From Tubulanus polymorphus (lineage: Eukaryota; Animalia; Nemertea), in contig NC_134034.1 in assembly GCF_964204645.1 (NCBI RefSeq), positions 620,001 through 684,000 of the forward strand: a stretch of 64,000 bases of DNA, written 5' to 3'. Under the pieces are notes generated by a model. It searched no databases, was not told the DNA's origin, and saw nothing but the letters and a program-made list of their open reading frames with translations. Below, piece by piece: positions 1 through 12,146 of the stretch. The position numbers were made by a program, and so were the translations under genes. The stretch's first letter is position 1; each line of letters opens with the position of its first letter.

Positions 1-87
1 GATGTGACCCGGATATGGCGGGGCAGACGCGATCCTTGAAACCGGTCGTGGACGATTAACAAAGATGATTCATGGCTTATAAAAAAC

Positions 88-215
88 ATGGCTGCCTCTA
101 TAAATCAACCTATGACGTCATTTATTATCGATATATTTGATGTAGTGGAAAACGAGATCTATTATCTACAGCAATAATTGCGTGATGTCATAGGGGGATT
201 TATAGAGGCAGCCAT
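88..215. mobile_element. Short MITE-like inverted-repeat element
   Basis: ATGGCTGCCTCTATAAATCAACCTATGACGTCA (88-120) is an imperfect reverse complement of TGATGTCATAGGGGGATTTATAGAGGCAGCCAT (183-215). Related half-copies lie near 41365, 19920 and 47705. Confidence 0.6.
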
Positions 216-2024
216 CAATTACAATATCCTCGGGAGTTGATAACGTATTCGGGGATTTTCCACTGCTAGAAGGCGCAAAACCCCGGCTCTATTTTGCCTT
301 TGTATCACTGTAATAGCCCCCCCCCCCGAAACTCAACTCCAATCGCATATAACTGTAATTTCTCAACTGATACTCGAAAAACAATGAGCAATAATTGGTG
401 GAAATATCATTCAAATATTCAAATCGTAACGGAAGAAACTTTCGCTGTATTTTAGCAATTTATATCGTTATTCATGATCGGGATATCGACTGCTACTGTG
501 GCAATTAAGGTTTCTACAATACCGACCGCTAGTCGTGCCATCTGGTGGTATAACTTGTGCGCGCGCCGGTACCCCGGCCCGGGTAGTCCCCGAACATCAT
601 TTAATCATTCAATGATCAAATATATTGTCACTTCATAAAGTATAATTATAGACATCACAATAGTCATAAAATCAGCAAATTATTGAGAAAATAATGATAA
701 TTTTATACGAAATGTTGATTGAACATTGACCATTTTACCGTACATATTCTCTGTATAGTATTACACGCGCTTCCGAATTATTATTCTTCTCGACCGTACA
801 GTGCTGCCACCTACGACGACGATTCGGTTGTAGGAAGCGCTGCGCGATCTTGGAGACACACGAGGCTTTTTAGATTAAAAACTAGATAGGTTCGTTCGGA
901 CGTATTAATCATCTCGCAGATGTCGCAGCACACATTTTTAAAACATATTTTTGATTCCTATCGCCCTCGGCGGAGAGGGTTTACGTCTAATGATGTCCCG
1001 AGAATGATTTTGAGGATTTTTTTAAAGATTTTTTTTCTGAAACCTTTTCTTGGAAGAATTTCGTGTTCTCAGTTAAATCTCAAAATGAAGAATCGGTCTT
1101 TATTTTCAGAACCTGGTTTTAGTCAATGTTAAACATGATATCAGTACCGAATATAGTCTTCACTTCCGGTTTACAGAGACACCTTTCGAGCGTTAAACGC
1201 ACTATATTACTGCCAAAATAGATTCGATGTTTTCCTTATTGAAATGATTTATGATTTGATAATAAGACGTTGGGGTACGGGTTGGGTTTAGGGTGGGGAT
1301 GTGGTGTATTTATTATTATGATTGTTTAAAGATTAGTATTATATGTTATATAATGTATTAGATTTTGTTAGCGTTTATCAATGATTTTTATGAACCCGGT
1401 TTTATAGACTGCACGTCAAAAACTATTTTTGTTGTTGTTATGGTATCAATTTGCGGCCTGGATCGATCTGTACCCCTCAGCCAAGTCTAAACCCTCATTC
1501 CCCAGGTTCCACGAGTGCTCCCAGTACTTCAGTACTTTATTTGAGACATTTTAAATCGAAAATGAACAACAAACAGCAGACATTAGACATTTTATCAGAA
1601 CACACACTTTCAAAAACTGATCCCGACCACACCTAGCACCATGATCTGGTTGAATGTCACGAGGGGTGTAGGTCTCAGGCTGCTGTAGATCTCAGTTGCA
1701 AGAAAGTCGGGTTTAAACGCGATTCAGTCTATACTAAACCGGGTTTTACAACAGTAACTAGAAAAAGTATTAATTACAGATTAGTTTAAATTTACACGTC
1801 ACTGTATTACTGTAAATAGTTCTTTAAATATCGTCCATGACACAGATGAGACGGTAGTGGAAAATCGGTTTGGACACGTTTACTGTGGCAAGTGATGATT
1901 ACACTGTGGCAAGGGAGGATCCACCAGGGGCGCTTCAGTGAAATGTTAGTCTACTACGTGGATCCGAGCAATGTGGTGGTGGGATATCCGTCTTTCCAGG
2001 CAGGTCCATCGACCTACTGCTTTC

Positions 2025-2090
2025 AAATTCGATTCCCTGCTGAGGGAGGATCGTGGTAGAGTCTCACGATGCCACCAGGTTCGAACCCTG
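2025..2090 (+). repeat. Single unit of a B-box-containing (tRNA/SINE-like) repeat
   Basis: TTCGATTCCCTGCTGAGGGAGGATCGTGGTAGAGTCTCACGATGCCACCAGGTTCGAACC is homologous to the reverse complement of the repeated units at 17055-17195. Confidence 0.55.
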
Positions 2091-3117
2091 AAAATGTAGA
2101 TTGTCTGCTTGTCACGGATAAAAGCCTTTCTCGAGTTGTGGTTCGATATGTAAAGAAGCCATAATTTAGTCTTCCATCTGTACACCGACGCCATCTAGCG
2201 GTATAGAAATTGATATTTTCCGGAGTTGCATATATCATTCTATGAATTTTAATAAATTCAAGTATCCTCCAGTTGAACCGCTAGGTGGCGTAACGTTCTA
2301 TAGTATATATACGACAGTTTAGTACAATTAAAATTTCACGTTAAAAGGTTTACAGAAAATGAAATAAAATCATTCCGTGGTAGTCCATCAAGAATTCAGA
2401 CTTTTTCCTTTCCTTTTAAACGTATTTTGTGTCAAGTTGGAAGTATCATCTTGATTTACGTCGTTTCTGGTATCCTATTCGATTTGCCATCACGACGGGA
2501 CCGCACGACCCTTAAAAGTGCCCCGCACACTGTGCGCAGCCAGCAGGACTCGAACCCGTTTGTTACTCATCGAGTGAATGCACAGGATCCCACCTTATCC
2601 AAATGAGCCACAGGGTATTCAATATTACTATGTGTAAGTCATCATTATTTTTGGATGAGTCGTTCATCAATGGTGACTGTGGTATACACAGCGGTCTTAA
2701 TCTCGAAACAGTCAAATTGATTTACTTATATCTACTCAGTCGCCATCTATTAGAATTTTGCTGAACTACGTCATCAACCGGATTGACCCGAGCAAATATG
2801 TACGAGCGGACGGGATATTTCACACATGCGCCATCTACCAAATAAAGAATCGCAGAATAAACATTGGGTGTCATCAGCTTGGACCCCGGTGATTGTAAGT
2901 GGTTCAAATAATTACTATTATAGAGAGGGGCCCGAGATTCAAACCCGCTGATTCCGATTGGTTCATGTGATGACTATACGGTATTATAAGACCACAGGGG
3001 GGGGGGGGCATGATAAATTCAGGATACTGGTTAAAAATAGATGGGATCGGGCGCAAGATCCAGATTTACAGTGGAGAATCGAATATTCCTGACTCAACAG
3101 CATTGATCATTATAGAA

Positions 3118-3757
3118 AGAAACACAAAACACCGGTGGCGGATATCGGAGATTAGAATCTATCCAATAAGAAACACGAAACACCAGTGGCGGATATCGGA
3201 GATTAGAATCTATCCAATAAGAAACACGAAACACCAGTGGCGGATATCGGAGACTAGAATCTATCCAATAAGAAACACGAAACACCAGTGGCGGATATCG
3301 GAGATTAGAATCTATCCAATAAGAAACACGAAACACCAGTGGCGGATATCGGAGATTAGAATCTATCCAATAAGAAACACGAAACACCAGTGGCGGATAT
3401 CGGAGACTAGAATCTATCCAATAAGAAACACGAAACACCAGTGGCGGATATCGGAGATTAGAATCTATCCAATAAGAAACACGAAACACCAGTGGCGGAT
3501 ATCGGAGACTAGAATCTATCCAATAAGAAACACGAAACACCAGTGGCGGATATCGGAGATTAGAATCTATCCAATAAGAAACACGAAACACCAGTGGCGG
3601 ATATCGGAGATTAGAATCTATCCAATAAGAAACACGAAACACCAGTGGCGGATATCGGAGATTAGAATCTATCCAATAAGAAACACGAAACACCAGTGGC
3701 GGATATCGGAGACTAGAATCTATCCAATAAGAAACACGAAACACCAGTGGCGGATAT
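3118..3757. repeat. 51-bp minisatellite, about 12.5 near-identical copies
   Basis: Unit AGAAACACGAAACACCAGTGGCGGATATCGGAGA(T/C)TAGAATCTATCCAATA repeated head-to-tail with no spacers. It produces the spurious ORFs 3010-3867 and 3094-3744. Confidence 0.97.
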
Positions 3758-5229
3758 TGGACATAGTATATTCAATAACTTCTTTATATATAAAAACAAT
3801 ATATCATTCATTTCATTCAGCGATGATAAATATAAGCACTTCATTAAAACATTCTTTCCATATTTAGGGGACTATTCAAATAGTGTATGCACACGTACAA
3901 CAAGGGGAGGGAGGGTCACTTCTACTTTTATACAAGACTTGAAAATAGTATCCCTTCAGGGATGCGTAACACGTGCGCGCACTATCTGAACCGTCCCGGT
4001 CTTACATACATGGCGAAGTTTAAAATAAGAAAATTAAGACATAAACATTTCGCATCCAGTATACCACATGCAGCGGCATCTAGTGGTCACCGGCGAAAAC
4101 ACTTCAATACAACCGCTAGGCGGCGTAACGTTCGATATAATTAAATGAACTACAAGTTCTACAGTTTTTTTGGGGCTGCAGTTGATCAAAAAATGGGGAA
4201 AATTAACGATTGGAAAAATGCTATTACATGTGAATATATGACAATTTGAATTGTATTGTAACCATCATATGGCGGCGTTTTAAGCTGTTCAGCGAAATTT
4301 TGAGCAACTGCAGCTCCTTGACAACACAGTAATTGAATGGACTACATAACAATGTAACTGTAGCCAAATCCGATAAGCAATAAATTCGCTGCAAATGTTC
4401 ATTACATGATAATCTAAATAAAGTTCGTTGTATACAAAAGCTATATGCGTAAAATCTCTACAATGCATACATGCATATAGGCATATGCAACACTTAAAAA
4501 GATTTCTTGGCAGAGGTCACCTTAATCAGGGGCGAACCTGTAAATTTTACACTTATCCTCTCGGAATTGCATCTTTAAGGCTGGTTTCCATCAAAAACTT
4601 ATCTAACCCCTCACTCCGAGAAATGCCTTTACTGTTCTTCTAGATTCCATCCTTCCAATTCTCCCTAGAATCGCCCCCCTTAAACGTTACGAGTGTTTGG
4701 CGCTCGCAGTTTCATTTCCGGAAATGCTACTAACAGAATCAGTATGATATATGAGCTATGGGGGCAGGGGGCGGGGTATTTGTGAACAGCCACCACTGGG
4801 GAGATTTCTAACTAGCGTCATGGACAAGCAACTAGTACAATAATATAAATCACAATATAATTCTCACATTCATGACCATAATTTCAATTAAAATTGATTA
4901 AAATAAATAGATTTTCGAAAAAAATTCATCTGTTTCATACAGATTGCAATATAAGACATCATACAAGTACATGTAAACTCATCTGCCTATAATTTTCATA
5001 TCATGGTTTTTCATATTCTTGCACTTTAAAAACCGAAATACAAAAATGATTCATACTAATTTTGATTAAGAAGCAACACAGACAGCAGCAAATTGTGGAC
5101 CAATTTTATAAATATACCTTTGTTAAAATTGCATTATTCCCTCCCACCTCTAAAAACTTGAATAAAACATTCCAACATGATTAATTTAAATTAACTTTCA
5201 TGGACAACCAACAATATCAGTTCAACTAA

Positions 5230-5390
5230 GGCTAAAAATTGATACGTCGTTTCTCGTGGCCTATCTGCCCTACACATCGCTTATTTCAAAATCATGATCA
5301 AGCTTAACTTTAACAGACCTGGCAGCTAAATTAAACAAACCTTAACGCAGTTTACAAAATGATCCGGCCGATTTGGAGAAACAAGGTCTA
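5230..5390. mobile_element. Degraded copy of the PIF/Harbinger-type MITE at 7361-7581
   Basis: Starts TAA|GGCTAAAAATTGATAC..GTTTCTC and ends ..CCGGCCG..GGAGAAACAAGGT, collinear with 7361-7581. Confidence 0.6.
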
Positions 5391-5759
5391 ATTTCACGTT
5401 TTGTTTTTAAAACACAATAATTTCAGGATCGACAGACAGATTTTCTAACACCAAGGACTCCATTCCAAATAACTCGATAAAGATCTAACTACAGACGTAA
5501 TTCATCGAAAATGATTCAACTCTTTTAGAGTCAAACAGACAATTGTAGAGGAGGGTCCTCATCTGGAATTAGATTCCACCACATCATTAATCACTAAGAA
5601 TTTTCTTCTGTCATACAGTTAAACAGATAAAGCAGATTAATTTAAGTCATATTTGACCAGCACAATTATTAAGACAGTAGCATTTCTAAATCTCTTAAAG
5701 GTGTAAATATATATATTCTCTTCACAATTTCATTTTCACATTCGAATTCATATAAAATT

Positions 5760-6012
5760 ATAATACATGTTACCGTAACATGTACATGTCAACTTACATG
5801 TGACTGTAACATGTTACAGTAATATGTCACCTTACATGTTACTGTAACTAGTTCTCATAACATGTTACCTCTGACACCTACATGTAACATGTCACCTTAG
5901 ATGTTCTAATAACGTGTTACCTTACATGTACATGTACCATGTCAGCTGACCTAGATAACTTACACGTTCATGTATAGAGCATGTCACCTAACCTTCACAT
6001 GTTGATGTAACA
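5760..6012. repeat. Degenerate low-complexity ACATGT(TAC) tandem repeat
   Basis: Many ACATGT, GTAACATG and TTACATG words in series. Confidence 0.6.
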
Positions 6013-6346
6013 TGGCTAAGTTAATAAAAAAATCGATTATACTTTTGCTAGTTTAACTCTGACACCTATGAAATTAAACTCTTATTCTCTTTCATAACAC
6101 AAGTTGAGTTCATTGACCTCAGCATTTAGAAGTTAAAAACTCATCTGATATAATAAAACGCGTGGCCCCCCTTTTGAAAAACCTCACATAATTTCAATCA
6201 GTTCAGAACTCGAATCTCAACGCGTTACACCAAAAATCCAACAACTGATTCTCGACACAATATTCCAATGTTGTTGTTATGAAATTCACCCGGAACCGAG
6301 CACAATTCTGGCAGACGTTGTTTCTACGCACGTCGTTACGAAACGA

Positions 6347-9300
6347 CTAAACGATTGTTTGCGGTGGCAACGTTTCAAACGGTTGGACTAGTTTCTGATC
6401 CGTTGTCGGTAAAGGATTCGATCTGTAGTGTTGCACGAGGTCGATGAGTTCATTGAAAGAACATTCGTCATTCTTTAGTCTCCATTTCGACTTGTCTTGT
6501 ACGATTTCGAATGATTTTACTGGTTCCTTCTCGTCCCTGAAAACACAATTCAACAGCAGGAAAACATTTAGATATTTCACCTACGATAAGCTGCTTCTGC
6601 AGCCCCTGGACCACATTCCTTACCCCCCCCCCCCACCGGCTAAATCCAGTTTATCTTTGAGACCAATCAAATTAATGTGGTTTATGAGAATTCCGGAATT
6701 ACACCTTACAAGTTTTCACTTATTTCTAGATGAACTCTAAATGAGAGAGAGAGAGGAGAAAATGAGGGTTTAGTTCAACCCTGCTTCAGCCACGGCTATA
6801 GCCTGGATACAACCCCCCCATCCCCTCTGGTTGTCTGGTATAATACATAGTTATATATTCAACTTACTCATTCGTTTTCACGTATAACTTGTTCATTTCA
6901 TTTTCTTGATGAATAAAGAATGTACCGACTGGAGCCGGAGCTGAAGTATTCGCATCTTTCAAAATATCCAACTTTTGCGTACAGTCCGTTGTGTAATACC
7001 AGTTACGTTGGTTTTCAAACGCGTTTGGAGGAAGTGGTTCGACTCTGGAATAGAGAGAAGCACGATAATACAAAGAGTGGAATCAATTCCACCAGTTCCA
7101 CGGCGGTGCTGTGATACTGATAACTAAAACTTACCCATTTTCCTTGTCGTCCATCATGACTTTTAGTTCCGTAGGGTCTGCATTATCCTTATCCGCTTTA
7201 TCAACTCCTGCAGATATCAATTTGTAAAACATTACATTTTCTAAAAGCGACTTAATTTGTCCGATTTGAAACCAATGTACACAGGCCACAGCTCTAAGTC
7301 GTCTGATAAGTCGTCACATGACTACACGGTATAAAAAGACCATATGGGGGCCCATGATAAGGCTAAAAAAAATTGATACCTTGTTTCTCCGCTCTGCTGA
7401 GCTTAAATGTTGATCCGGCCGGCCGCCTATCTACCCTATACATTACTTTTTTTTAAATCGTGATCAATTTTACCATAATAGACCCGGCCGCTATAGAAAT
7501 AAACTGTTTATAAATTTTTATCATATTTTACAAAAATGACCCGGCCGCTGCGGAGAAACAAGGTATCATTTTTGTTTAGCCTAAATTAAGGATACTGGTT
7601 AAAAATAGATGGGACCTGACGCAAGATCCAGATTTCCAGATATTGACAATAGCTCTAAAATGATAGTAAAATTTCAACAATTTTGCTGATATGCCGCCCT
7701 AAATTAAGAATATATGCCCTTTTTATTGGTCGACATGGTCACAACATGGCCCTGGATCCGCCCCTGCTCTAAGTCATTTGATAAGTCGTCACATGACCAA
7801 AGTCATCTCTATTTTTGAGTCCCAATTTGTCCGAAGTGTAAGTCATCCTTTGGATAAGTCGTCACCTTTTACTGAAACTGTCTGTATTTTTAAGTTCCTA
7901 TTTGTATTTGCAATTGATTTTAATAATTAAGACGAAAATTAGCCGGATCTTTATAAATACAGATAACGATGCTCTGTGTAATTGTTATATTTACCACCAG
8001 CTGGCGCTGCTTCATCAGCAGATGAACCTTTTTTCCAACACGGCCACAAAGCAACAAATCGCGTTCTCCAATTAGCGCCTGTAAGATTATTAGTGAACGT
8101 ATTTAACTGAAGGAAATTATCGCCTCAGTTCATCAAACGATGGTTGAATTAATTCCATTTACCAGTAGAGGGAGCTGTTTTACAACACGACAACCATTTC
8201 CAATCAATAAAGTGTGTCCAGCATGTCCCATCTGTATGTAAACGCAAACAGTGCATAGATATTCATCGAAAATAACAATCATTTCCAGTTCCACAATCTC
8301 TAATTTACAACTGTGGAACTAAATCCTGAGTTCACAGTTAACTCTAACTCAAGAACTGGATCCTGAGTTCACAGTTAACTCTAACTCATAACTGTAGAAC
8401 TGGATCCCGAGTTCACAGTTAACTCTAACTCACAACTGTGGAACTGGATCCTGAATTTAGAGTTAACTCTTACCTCACAATTGTTAAACTGGATCCTGAG
8501 TTCACAGTAAACTCTTACTAACAACTGTGGAACTGGATCCTGAGTTCACAGTTAACTCTAACTCACACCATTGAACTGGATCCAGAGTTCACAGTTAACT
8601 CTAACTCATAACTGTAGAACTGGATCCTGAGTTCCCAGTTAACTCTAACTCACAAATGTGGAACTGGATTCTGAGTTCACAGTTAACTCTAACTCACAAC
8701 TGTGGAACTGGTTACAGATAACTGACACATAACAGTAATCAATTCACGGTCTGCAGATACTCACAAGTTGGTTTAGAGTTAGCTGGTGGACAAATACCAT
8801 TGTTACCATGCGCATGATATCCATCCACCAGTAATAACAATGATCAACTTTCTAGAGACCGCGGACCCTGTATATAAATACTGATTTAGTACTCACCTTC
8901 TTGCGATCTGTGATATGTTAGAAATCTATAAACGAGGAATGCTAACACGATTATCAATATCACTAAGAAGAGTATACCTATCACTAGACCAGCAGACAAC
9001 CCAGCTAAAAATACAAATACAACCTACAGTATCACACCTGAGTCTAACTGAGTTTCAGAGAAAACAACAGACAAGAGTTTGAATCATATTTACCTGTGCT
9101 CGGGGATGGAATCACATCACCTAAAATGGAAAAATACATTCAAATTTATTGTCAGAAAATTAAATCTGCACAACTGTTACTGGATCCAGTGTGGAACTGT
9201 GGATCATAACTGTGGAACTGGATTCAGAGTCAAATTATACCCGCACAACCGTGGAACTGGGTCCAGAGTCGAATTAAACCCACACAACTGTGGAACTGAA

Positions 9301-11978
9301 TCCAGAGTCGAATAAAACCCACACAACTGTGGAACTGGATCTAAAGACAAATCAAACCCACACAACTGTGAAACTGGACTTGAAGTCAAATTGAACCCAC
9401 ACAACTGTGGAACTGAATCCAGAGTAAAATTGAACCCACACAACTGTGGAACTGGATTCAGGGTCAAATTGAACCCACACAACTGTGGAACTGGATTCAG
9501 GGTCAAATTAAACCCACACAACTGTGGAACTGGGTCCAGAGTCGAATTGAACCCACACAACTGTGGAACTGGGTCCAGAGTCGAATTGAACCCACACAAG
9601 CGCGGAACTGGATCCAGTGTAGAACTGTGGATCACGACTTACCAGAACCGAAGAATTGAAATGTTATCTGTTTGGAACGTTGAGTAGATATGAATGATTT
9701 TCCGATGTTTGCTCCAGTTTCACATTTCACTGGAATCTCTCCGTTAAAATCTGAACCGTTCAAATACACGGTGCTGGAAGTTTTATATCTGGGGAAACCG
9801 TTTACATCCGGTGAACAAGATGAGCTCAAGGCAGACGCATCAGTGTATTCTACATGCTGTGAAAATCAATAGATATTTTTTTCATACATTTACAGGTGGT
9901 ATGTGGTAGGCACTAAAGTAGTTGCTTGTACATGTAGTGGTTTTTAATAAATTCGTCGGTTCAGGTGCCAACTATCGTCCAGCTTGTGGCGCCATCTCTG
10001 CGAGTAGCCAATTATGAGTTTGACAGCTGTGATTTAGATCAGTGTCATTCTCTAGTTTTTCATCGGCCTAATCGGACGATGATCTGCTGAATAAACTATA
10101 TATTTATCAACTAAATATATTTTCTCTTTATTTATCGCAGTCGGTGAGTGACCGCATCGTCAGTCGTTGTATCAAGACAGAACCAAATGACTGACACAGT
10201 TTAAAGAGGAGTCAGCTATCACAGGAATCCTTCCACCAATTTTCCATCGCGGTGGAACGACCTTTTAAAGTATTTTCCATTTAGAAGCAGTTTTGAAGAA
10301 ATCAATTAATCGTAGGGAATCTGAACGTATAAACTATAAATAACTCCACTGACCTTGACGAACCATCTGATATACGGTTGTGTATTCGAGCAGACGGTGT
10401 CGCACGTTACTTCAACTGTTCCATTCTCGTAAACCATCGCTCCGTTCTTCATCGACGCGTCCATCGTTACCGACGCGACCGGATCAACAATCGTAACCGC
10501 GACGACGATACTGTCCGCGTTGACGTTCATATGAAAATGAGGCCGTCCGTCGTTGAACCACGTGTCGGTTTTCAGAGTAAGATTCATCCAACCGCGACGT
10601 CTTCCGGCCGCCCACGCCGACTCCGAGCGTAGAGACCGCGAACACGACACTCCGAACACTCTCGTGTCCATTTTGAATTTATCGAATGCGTACGCGGGAA
10701 ACGCTTCGCATTCGTTATTAAAACGCAGAGTGTCCGGCGATGAGTCCGGCCGACGTTTATAGTCAACCACCTGCCACATGAATGTCCTCGGGAATTCTTT
10801 GACTCCGGGTAGAGCTTCGATCAGTCCCGACAGAGTGAACGTTTCATTGCGTATAACCGTTCGATTGTCGCTAGGATACGCCTTCAGTTTGAACTCTTTC
10901 GGTTCCAAGGCTTAAAAACGAACAAACGCACGAAAATAACAAACGCACGAAAATAACATCGAGGCTCATCATGGAATCCTAGTGAATCAACCTAAACTTT
11001 ACCCTATCCTTAGCTCTAAAACAGACCCTAAACCTAACTCTCTGGTCCCGGTTCCACAGTTCTGAGTTAGAGTTAAATCTGAGTTAAAGTTAGTTCATTT
11101 TCAATTAGTTAACTCAGAGTTAAATCTCAACTCAGAACTGTGGAACTGGACCCTGGTCCTTAAAGGCTACCTAGACCCTAACTCCACCGAAACCCTTACC
11201 CTATAGGCCACAGGGGCTCAACACCGTTTTTAAAGGTGGTACCAAGGATACTGGGTCAAATCTTTGATTTTGGACCCCCGGCTATAGTGACGAGCCCCTG
11301 TGTGTAGGCCTACTATGGAATGAAATAGTTTCTTTTTATATTTTATAAGTATGTAAGCAAATAGCATTTACTGAAATAATGGGGCATCGCAAAATATCAA
11401 CTTTCTTTTTTAAACTTAAAAATATCGCAGTGGATATTATACGGCTGAGTGTTTATATCCGCTATTTTACTCAACATCGCCGCTGATTGGCTGATTTACG
11501 CCGCGCATGCGCACACAGAGGTGCGCGACTTAGAAAATTCAAGGAAACTGTGGAGAACAGAGTTAGAGAAAATAGAGCGGATCGAGCGAGACTCAAACCC
11601 GGGCCAGTAAGTTACTAGCGCAGCATCATACCACTAGACCACCGAGCTCGCTGAAAACCAACCGAATGTTTTTAACTACATATAGCCTCACCTAACCCTT
11701 ATCCTTGAAACGGAACCCTCTGGACCCTCTTCTCACCCTTTCGACACTAAACCCTATCGAAACCCTAAAACCCAATATAATGATTTCATTGTTACTTATA
11801 TGGTAAAATAGCGGAAGTAAATACTTTGCCTATAGGTTAAATATCACCTTCGTAAAAATATTGACAATGACATTTATTAGATTGGATTTGATCATGTTGT
11901 TTGTCACTTACGAGTCACTCGCACAAACAATGACAACAACACCACAATACTGCTGCTGAAATACTTCTTGATAAACAT
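6347..11978 (-). CDS. Type I membrane protein: signal peptide, 2 Ig-like domains, TM helix, cytoplasmic degenerate SH2 domain (498 aa, 9 coding exons)
   Basis: Exons 11978-11912 (MFIKKYFSSSIVVLLSLFVRVTP, signal peptide), 10910-10354, 9856-9643, 9120-9094, 9004-8897 (GLSAGLVIGILFLVILIIVLAFLVYR, TM), 8078-7995, 7207-7135, 7044-6868 and 6536-6347. All introns are GT-AG with matching phases (1,0,1,1,1,1,2,2), total 1497 nt with no internal stop. C2-type Ig signature VTC..SN.QP.IRW...T.S.V.L....NG...VKC. SH2 signatures WY, GTFFI, VKSFEI and F.ELIDLVQHY...PL....L..P. Confidence 0.88.
7361..7581. mobile_element. PIF/Harbinger-type (Tourist-like) MITE, 221 bp
   Basis: TIRs GGCTAAA..TTGATACCTTGTTTCTCCGC and GCGGAGAAACAAGGTATCA..TTTAGCC, flanked by a TAA duplication (7358-7360 and 7582-7584). 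A paralogous empty site CATGATAAATTCAGGATACTGG is present near 3009-3030. Confidence 0.85.
8307..8711. repeat. Intronic minisatellite, about 44-bp unit, about 9-10 copies
   Basis: Unit AACTGTGGAACTGGATCCTGAGTTCACAGTTAACTCTAACTCAC. It shares the ACAACTGTGGAACTGGATC core with the 39-bp arrays. Confidence 0.9.
9170..9632. repeat. Intronic 39-bp minisatellite, about 12 copies (dispersed family)
   Basis: Unit CACAACTGTGGAACTGGATTCAGRGTCAAATTRAACCCA. The same family occurs in reverse orientation at about 13585-13860, 32505-32700 and 52960-53020. Confidence 0.9.
11430..11846. mobile_element. Inverted-repeat element containing a tRNA-derived segment
   Basis: Imperfect terminal inverted repeats (GTGGATATT..TCCGCTATTTTAC and GTAAAATAGCGGA..AATATCAC). 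The minus strand at 11583-11649 carries an A box (TGGTCTAGTGG) and a degenerate B box (GGGTTTGAGTC). Confidence 0.5.
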
Positions 11979-12146
11979 CTGAAAAAACGAAAACGGGCCT
12001 TTTAGAAACGACTCAAAATGTGGCAAAATGACAAGGCAATCGGTGACATTGTCAATTCAATTTCAATTCAATACATAGGCTAGCCTACATAAACGTCAAA
12101 GACGCTTTTTGACGTCATCGATACCAGTATTCAGACACGTAATTAC

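Noticed and set aside
3010-3867. 285-aa and 216-aa repeat ORFs; superficial resemblance to a CRISPR array
   Set aside because: It is a pure head-to-tail 51-bp repeat with no unique spacers and no cas genes, in a eukaryotic context. The ORFs arise because the unit length is a multiple of three.
8765-8867. Possible extra exon of the Ig-TM-SH2 gene (AG...GTGAGT on the minus strand)
   Set aside because: The upstream intron would be only about 29 nt, the continuing frame hits a stop, and the segment resembles the MITE family at 50741.
9079-9687. ORFs with repeated LNPHNCGTG or PVPQLCGF peptides
   Set aside because: They are translations of the intronic 39-bp minisatellite.
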